Assembly (NCBI RefSeq): GCF_009914755.1
Contig: NC_060928.1
DNA length: 64,000 bases
DNA from: the human T2T-CHM13v2.0 reference genome, Homo sapiens
Reading direction: 5' to 3' (one strand)
Position 1 is the first letter of the stretch; every line of letters starts with the position of its first letter. The notes under the pieces were generated by a model that was given only the letters and a program-made list of their open reading frames with translations, was not told the origin of the DNA and ran no database searches. A program made the position numbers and the translations under genes. Shown here piece by piece: positions 56,587-64,000 of this stretch.

Positions 56587-58520
56587 TTCCACCCCTGGCC
56601 CCTCCCAAATCCCATTTCCTTCTCATATTTCAAAGCACAATTATGCTTTCCCAACAGTCCTGCAAAGTCATAACTAATTCCAGCATTAACTCAAAAGTCC
56701 AAGTCCAAAGTCTCATCTGAGACAAGGCAAGTCCCTTCTGCCTCTGAGCCTTTAAAATCAAAAGCAAGTTAGTTACTTTCAAGATATAATGGGGGTACAG
56801 GAATTTGGTAAATAGACCTTTTCTAAGAGGGAGAAATCAGCCAAAACAAGGGGGCTACAGGCCCCATACAAGTCTGAAACCCAGCAGGGCAGTCATTAAA
56901 TCTCAAAGCTTTAAAATAATCTCCTTTGACTCTATGTCTCACATCCAGGCCACATTGATGCAAGGGGTAGACTCCCAAGGCCATGGACAGTTCTGCCCCT
57001 GTGGCTCTGCAGTTCCCACAGCTGTTTTCATGGGCTGGCATTGAGTGCCTGCAGCTTTTCTGGGCATGTGGTGCCAGCTGTTGGTGGGCCTACTATCCTG
57101 AGGTCTGGAGGATGGTGGCCATCTTCTCACAGCTCCATTAGGCAGAGCCCCAGTGGTGACTCTGTGTGGGAGCTTCAACCCCACGTTTTCCGTCTGCACT
57201 GCCCTAGTTGAGGTTCTCCATGAGGGCTCTACACCACAGCAGACTTCTGCCTGGACATCCAGGCATTTCCATACATCCTCTAAAATCTAGGTAGAGACTC
57301 CAAAACCTCAACTCTTAGCTTCTGCACACCTGCAGGCTCCGCACCACATGGAAGCCATCAAGGCTTTGAGCTTTCACCCTCTGAAGCAATGGCCCGAGCT
57401 GTACATTGGCCCATTTTAGCCATGGCTGAAGCTGGAGTGGCTCAGATGCAGGGCGCCATGTTCTGAGGCTGCACAGAGCAGCAAGGCCCTGGGCCTGGCC
57501 CATGAAACATTTTTTTCCTCCTAGGTCTTCAGGCCTGTGATAAGAGGGGCTGCCATGAAGGTCTCTGAAATGCCCTGGAGACATTTTCTCCGTCGTCTTG
57601 GCAGTTAACATTCAGCTCCTCTTTACATATGCAAATTTCTGCAGCCTTGAATTCCTCTTCAGAAAATGGGTTTTTCTTTTTATATTGCATGGTTGGGCTG
57701 CAAATTTTCCAAACTTTTTTTTTTTTTTTTTTTTTTGGAGACAGAGTCTCACTCTGTTGCCCAGGATGGAGGGCAGTGGTGTGATCTTGGCTCACTGTAA
57801 TTTCCACCTCCTATATTCAAGTGATTCTCATGCTTCAGCCTCCTGAGTAGCTGGGATTACAGGCATGCACTAACACACCTGGCTAATTTTTGTATTTTTA
57901 GTAGAGATGGAGTTTTGCCATGTTGGCCAGGCTGGACTCGAACTCCTGGCCTCAAGTGATCTGCTGGCCTTAGCCTCCCAAAGTGCTGGGATTACAGGCA
58001 TAAGTCACCACACCCAGCCCGAATTTTCCAAACTTTTATGCTTGCTTCCCTTTTAAATATAAGCTCTAGTTTTAGGTCATTTCTTTGTTTATGCAAATAA
58101 GCATAGGCTTTTAGAAGCAGCCAGGTCATATCTGGAACACTTTCCTGCTTAGAAATTTCTTCCGTCAGAAGAAATTTCGTCTCTCTCAAGTCCAAAGTTC
58201 CACAGATCTCTAGGGCAGGGGCACAATGCCACTAGTCTTTTTGCTAAAGCATAGCAAGAGTGAAAAATAATTATTCCAGTTTCTAGTAAATTCCTCATCT
58301 CCATCAGAGACCACCTCAGGCTGGACTTCACTGTCCATATCACTATCAGCATTTAGGTCACAACTATTCAGCAAGTCTCTAGAAAGTTCCAAACTTTCCC
58401 TCATCTTCCTGTCTTCTGAGCCCTCCAAACTATTCCAACCTCTGCCCATTACCCAGTTCCAAAGTCACTTCCACATTTTCAGGTCTCTTTATAGCAATGC
58501 CCCACTTCTCTGGTACCAAT
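56587..58520 (-). mobile_element. MaLR internal region (MSTA-int-like), PPT to PBS
   Basis: Typical THE1/MST-int sequence (ccaaagtctcatctgagacaaggcaagtccc..); ends ..gccccacttctctggtaccaat, the PBS on the reverse strand. Confidence 0.92.
57719..58019 (-). mobile_element. Alu (old S / Sz-like) inside MaLR internal region
   Basis: Dimeric Alu; TSD aattttccaaactttt at 57703-57718 / 58022-58037. Confidence 0.95.
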
Positions 58521-59585
58521 GGTGGAATGGCTTTTTGAAGTCACAATCACAACGCCAACTAGGTGTGAAAATACTTTACAAGGTTTGGGCAAAGTTCTCC
58601 AGAAGGCTGTGTATGCTTTGAATCAGCATCCAATATATGGTACTGTTTTTCCCATAGCGGGATTCATGGGTTCAGGAATCAAGGGGTGGAAGTGGAAGTG
58701 GCAGCATTCACCATCACCCCTAGTGACCCACTAGCAAAATTTTTACATTCTTTTCCCACAACATTATCTTCTACTGGCCTAGAGGTCTTAGTTCCAGAGG
58801 AAGGAATGCTGCCACCAGGAGACACAGCAATGATTCCATTTAACCGGAAGTTAAGATTGCCACCTGGCCACTCTGGCCTCCTCTTGCCTCTAAGTCAACA
58901 GGCTAAGAAGGGAGTTACAGTGTTGGCTGAAGTGATTGACCCAGACTATCAAGATGAAATAAGACTACTACTCCACAATGGAAGTAAGGAAAAGTATGTC
59001 TGGAATACAGGAGACCCCTTAGGGCGTCTCTTAGTATTACCATGCCCTGTGATTAAGGTCAATGGAAACTACAACAACCCAATTCAGGCAGGACTACAAC
59101 TGGCCAGAACCCCTCAGGAATGAAAGTTTTGGTCACTCTACCAGGTAAAAAACCGTGACCAGCCAAGGTGCTTGCTGAAGGCAAAGGGAATACAGAATGG
59201 GTAGTAGAAGAAGGTAGTTATGAATACCAGCTATGACCACATGACCAGGTACAGAAATGAGGATTGTAATTGTCATGACTATTTCCTCCTTATTTTGTTA
59301 TAAATATGTTTGTGCATACATACACCTGTACTGAGAAAGTGTCTTCATTTTATTTCCCTTCTTTTTCCTTTATCACGTAACGTAAGATTTATTGACTTCA
59401 TATCAGCATTTAAGTGTTGTTAACTTTATTTAATAGCATTTAGGTTAAGGATTAGTGTGCTTCTTGTTGTATGAAGGATAGTTGTATTATGTTAGGCATA
59501 ATTATGACCTATTATTTTCTTTATTTGGAGATTAAGTGTGATTTCAGGAGATGTGTATGAGTGCCAAGTTGACAAGGAGTTGACT
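58521..59585 (+). mobile_element. HERV-L internal 3' segment (integrase C-terminal part, dUTPase, 3' UTR, PPT)
   Basis: ggtggaatgg..gaagtcacaa.., LQKAVYALNQHPIYG; dUTPase frame; PPT-like gttgacaaggagttgact directly before the LTR. Confidence 0.92.
58686..59123 (+). pseudogene. HERV-L dUTPase-domain relic (145-codon open stretch)
   Basis: LPPGDT..LRLPPGHSGLLLP..GVTVLAEVIDPDYQDEIRLLLHN..GDPLGRLLVLP; motif 3 (normally G-x-ID-x-DY-x-GE) has both glycines substituted. Confidence 0.85.
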
Positions 59586-60171
59586 TGTGATAGTCAATAT
59601 GAGGTGACAACCTGATTGGATTGAAGAATGCCTAGATAGCTGGTAAAGTATTGTTTCTGGGTGTGTAAGTTAGGATGTTGCCTGAGGAGATTGACATTTG
59701 AGTCAGTGGACTGGAAGAGGAAGACCCACCCTGAATGTTCAATGGGCACCATCCAATTGGCGCCAGTGCAGCTAGAACAAAAGCAGGAGGAAGAAGGTGG
59801 GATAAGACGGCTTGCTGTGTCTTCTGGCTTTCATTTCTTTCCTGTGGTGGATACTTCCTTTTGTTTCTCCTGCCCTTGGCCATCAGACTCCAAGTTCTTC
59901 AGCCTTTTGACTCTTGGACTTCTGCCAGTGTTTGACGAGGGGCTCTTGGGCCTTCAACCACAGACTGAAGGCTGCACTGTTGACTTTCTTGCTTTTGAGG
60001 CTTTTGGACTCAGACTGAGCCACTACTGGCCTCTATCTTCCTCAACTTGCATATGGCCTATTGTGGGACTTTGCCTTGTGATAGTGTGAGCCAATTCTCC
60101 CTAATAAACTTCCTTTCATATATACGTATATCCTGTTAGTTCTGTCCCTCTGGAGAACCCTGACTAATACA
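59586..60171 (+). mobile_element. HERV-L 3' LTR (MLT2A2/MLT2B3-like)
   Basis: tgtgatagtcaata..tgattggattgaag..atttgagtcagtggactgg..aataaac..ttctgtccctctggagaaccctgactaataca. Confidence 0.93.
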
Positions 60172-62113
60172 GGTACTGATGTCTTCCGCTATTATTTTGT
60201 GGTTGTCTAAGTATCTTCCTAGGTCTCTTAAAATTTGTTTTATGAATCTGGGTTCTCCAGTATTGGGTGCAGATATACTTAGGATAGTTAAGTCTTTTCG
60301 AATTGAACCCTTAATCATTATGTAATACCTTTCTTTGTCCTTTTTGTCATTTGTCAGTTTAAAGACTATTTTGTCTGAAATTAGAATGGCAACCCCTGCT
60401 CTTTTTTGTTTTCCATTTGCTTGCTTGATTTTCTTTTTCCAGTCCTTTACTTTGAGCCTAAGGATATCATTGTATGTGAGTTGGATCTCTTGAAGGCAGC
60501 ATACAGTTGGGTCTTACCCCTTTAGATTCTTAATTCTTCACCTTTTAAATGGGGTGTTTAGACCATTTATGTTCAAGTTTAATATTGATATGTACAGATT
60601 TGATTCTATCATTGTGGTGTTAGTTGGTTGTTATGCAGACTTGATTGTATAGTTGCTTTATGGTGTCAATTGTCTATGTACTGAAGTGTGTTTTTGTGAT
60701 GGCTAGTAACAGTTTTTTGTTTCCATATTTAGCATGCCCTTAAGGACCTCTTGTAAGGCAGGTCTGGTGGTAATGCATTCCCTTAGCATTTGCTTGTCTG
60801 AAAAGGATTTTTTTTTTTTTTCATTTATGAAGCTTAGCTTCACTGGGTATGAAATTCTTGGTTGGAATTTTTTTCTTTTGAGAATACTAAATATAAGCAC
60901 CCAGTCTCTTCTGGCTTGTAGGATTTCTGCTGAAAGACCCACTGTTAGCCTGATAGGGTCCCCTATGTAGGTGACCTATCCGTTCTCTCTAACTGCCTTT
61001 AATATTTTTTCTTTTACTTTGACCTTGGGAATCTGATGACTATGAGTCTTGGGGATGGTCATCTTATATAGTATCTCACAGAAGTTCTCTGAATTTCCTG
61101 AATTTGAATGTTTACCTCTCTAGTAATGTTGGGGGAGTTTTCATGGACAATATCCTCAAATATGTCTTCCAAGTTGCTTGTTCTCCCTCCCTCTTTTTCA
61201 GGGATACCAGTGAGTCATAGGTTTAGTCTCTTTACATAATATCATATTTCTCAGAGGTTTGTTTATTTTTTTTCTTTATTTTGTCTGACTAAATTTTTTT
61301 TAAGAACCAGTCTTCGAGCTCTGAGATTCTTTCCTCAGCTTGGTCTATTCCGCTGTTAATACTTTTGATTTATTATGAAATTATTGAAATGAGTATTTCA
61401 GATCTATCAGATCAGTTTGGTTCTTTCTTAAAATGTCTATTTTGTCTTTTAGATCTCTTATCATTTTATTGGACTCCTTGGATTGGGTTTTGGCTTTCTC
61501 CTGAATCTTGATGCTCTTCTTTGCTATCCTGATTCTGAATTCCTTGTCTGTCATTTTAGTCATTTCAGTATGGTTAAAAACAATTGCTGGGGAGCAAGTG
61601 AAGTCATATGGAAGTAAGAAGACACTTTGGCTTTTTGAGTCGCCAGAGTTCTTGCACTGGTTCTTTCTTATCTATATGGGCTGATGTTCCTTTAATCTTT
61701 GAAGTTACTGCCCTTTGGATGGGTTTTTTTTGCTTTCTTTGATGCCCTTGTGGTATAAATTGGATTCAGTTAACTGGCTTCATTGCTGAAAGATTTCAGG
61801 GGGCTACAGCTCAGCTCAGCACAGCTGGGCTGTGTGCTGTAATCCTAGGCAGCTGGTAGCAGGCCCATGGCTTTATTCTCTGGTACTTCAAGGTTAAGCA
61901 CCTCCTGCACTGGAGGGGCTGAGGTGTTCCCGGCCTGCTGGCAACAACGATCTGATGGGGGATGCTGGCAAAACTGCTTCTTTGGGGTATGGCAGCAGGG
62001 TCCTTGCATGTATGTGTGCACTGGTGGGAGCAGGGCAGCAGAGTCCGTGCACACACATGCTTGTGCCAGTAGCAGCAAGGCAGTGGAGTGCGCATGCACA
62101 TGCACGGGCAGGG

Positions 62114-62220
62114 CCTGTCTCACAGGGTTCTTGTGAGGGTTAAGGGAGATAATACATATAAATTATTTGAAACCGTACCTGGAACATAATAAGTATTCAA
62201 TAAATATTATCTGTTGTTAT
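62114..62220 (+). mobile_element. MIR 3' half abutting L1-D
   Basis: ctcacagggttcttgtgagggttaagggagataat..cctggaacataataagtattcaataaat. Confidence 0.8.
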
Positions 62221-62794
62221 AAGTTAATCTGAGTGGATCTGAGATTGAATTTGGTTGGAGGGCCACAAAGACAAATGTAGTGCCTGACAGGAGCATATGC
62301 CACAGTTTACTTAGCCATTCCTGCGTGGCAGACATTTTGTTGTTTTTGATGTTTTACTGTAATAAACAATGCTATTATTAACATATTTGTGTGCAAAACC
62401 CATGTACTTGGGAACTTTATTTATAGTGGGGAATGGCAAGTCATTTATCTTTAAGGAGGTGCTTCATAAACCAACATAGGTTTTGGCCTCACCCAATACA
62501 GCAAGTAGAATTATTATAAAGTATAGAATAAATCTTGTTGAGGATCTTAGTGACTCAAAGTTTGCCAACTTGTCAAGAACCTCTTTCTAACTGCTTCTTA
62601 ACATGTGACAAAGCAAAGTTTTTCTTTTGAGAAAATAATAATATTCAATACACAGTAAGTAATCTTATCATAGTTTTTAGGATGTCCTTTGGCTCTAAGT
62701 TAGGCACATTGAAAATGCCCATTCTGAGTTAGTTAGTTAATTAAGTTAATACTTATTCAAATGTCAAATGGTTTAGAAATTAAACAATTTTGGG

Positions 62795-62925
62795 ATGGGA
62801 CTTCAGGAATGACTTAATAGTTATATGACCTTGGGCCAGTTATTTTAACCTCTGTGAATTAAGCAATTATTTTGGCCTCTCTCAGACTCAGTTTCCTCAT
62901 AAGTATAATAAAAATAATAATGCTT
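62795..62925 (+). mobile_element. MIR fragment
   Basis: acttaatagttatatgaccttgggccagttattttaacctct..ctcagtttcctcat. Confidence 0.6.
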
Positions 62926-62934
62926 ATGTTAATT

Positions 62935-63570
62935 TTTATGCAACAATTATATATTGAGTTTCTATTACATGACAGGTACTTTTCTAGGTGCTTGGGATGC
63001 ATCAGTGAAAAAAATCTCCCTGTTCCAAAGGACCTTACATTCTAGTGGTAGCAAGGACAGATGATAAATGATAAACATAATGCTTAAATAAATTATATAG
63101 CATATTAGAAAATGGTAAATGCAATGGAAAATGGAAAACACAGTGTTGGATAAGAAGGATCAGGTATGCATGGAAGGATCAATATTTTTAAAAGTGCAGT
63201 TAGGGTAGGTCTCACTGGGGTAATATTTGAACAAAAATTTGAAAGAGGTAAGGCAGTCAGCCATGCAGCTATGTGGGGAGAGGTATTCCAGGTAGAGAGA
63301 AGCAAGTGGAAGGCCCTTAGGTGGGAGCATGACAGGCATATTTTAGGAATAGTAAGGACAGTGTGGCTGAAGCAGAGTGAATGAGGGGGAAGATGGTTGG
63401 AGACAAAGTCAGTGAGGTAACAAGTCCCAGATCATGTTGGACCTTCTAGGCATTGTCAGAGCTTCAGATTTTGCTCTGGGTGAAATGGAAAGTCATGGAG
63501 GATTCTGAACAGAGGAACAGTTGAACTTATGTTTTATCAGAATCATTCTGACTCTTGAGTGAGGATAAAC
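62935..63570 (-). mobile_element. L2a/L2b
   Basis: tatattgagtttctatt..ctaggtgcttgggatgcatcagtgaa..ccttacattctagtgg..gtgtggctgaagcagagtgaatgagggg..ccagatcatg. Confidence 0.85.
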
Positions 63571-63807
63571 TCTGGGGGTGCAGCTGATATTGTCACTCCT
63601 TCTCCTTCCTGTTCCCCTTCCCATGGAGGATACAGCCTGGCAGCTGAAAATGTGAGGCAGCGAAGGGGTTGGGGCAGCCATGCAGAGGCATAGGCTGGGG
63701 TTGGGGAGCTGCAGGCTGTGGGTCAGAAGCTGAGGGGGTGGTGTGGAGGTGGTAGGTGGAAGACACAGCCAGCATGGCGGGTGGTAGAGTGGGGAGAGGG
63801 AGTTGGT

Positions 63808-63990
63808 CACACTGAGCAAATTAGTAAATTGATGGTGAATGTAAGAATAATGGGAGCCAAGTTTTTCACTGCTGGAGAAGGAATTTATAAACAGAAATGA
63901 GGAAGGCTAGAAGGAACTCTGAAGTTGGACAGGAATTGGAGGTATCAGTATGAACATATGATTGTCTGTCTAGCTAGCTTTGTAATTATA
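63808..63990 (+). mobile_element. L1MC/L1MD-type 3' UTR fragment
   Basis: aataatgggagccaagtttttcactgctggagaagg..gaaggctagaa..ggaattggaggtatcagtatgaac. Confidence 0.7.
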
Positions 63991-64000
63991 GATGTTTAAG

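Noticed and set aside
56209-60171. Reading the 10-bp terminal inverted repeats as a DNA transposon, or the block as two unrelated insertions
   Set aside because: The inverted ends are the shared LTR U5 terminus gactaataca, and no transposase is present. Independent insertions would not share one TSD while both lacking 5' LTRs.
60172-60176. GGTAC after the MLT2 LTR as a primer-binding-site remnant rather than a TSD
   Set aside because: It resembles the PBS core, but lacks the LTR-PBS spacer and the leading T, is duplicated at the other end, and completes the host L1 without a gap.

Overview
Primate (human-like) non-coding genomic DNA. I find no recognisable cellular exon, and roughly two thirds of the window is transposable-element relics. 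Two large nested retroelement stacks dominate. Stack 1 (12.5-33.4 kb) is three near-full-length minus-strand LINE-1s inserted one inside another (L1PA16-like > L1PB-like > L1PB-like), plus two Alus and a MADE1 MITE. Stack 2 (44.5-62.1 kb) is an L1PREC2/L1PA14-like host carrying an L1MA1-like fragment, which in turn carries a full-length L1PA4-like element with an open, extended ORF0. The same host also carries a 3.96-kb LTR insertion. That insertion (56209-60171) is the most unusual object in the window. It is a head-to-head fusion of a MaLR (MSTA-like 3' LTR plus internal region, running exactly to its primer-binding site) and the inverted 3' end of a HERV-L (integrase tail, dUTPase, MLT2 3' LTR). 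It is bounded by two U5 ends and one perfect 5-bp target-site duplication (GGTAC). It looks like a single integration of a hybrid cDNA made from two different co-packaged retroelement RNAs. The remainder is MIR, L2, MER DNA-transposon relics, solo LTRs and microsatellites. Subfamily names come from recalled consensus motifs and need RepeatMasker/Dfam confirmation.
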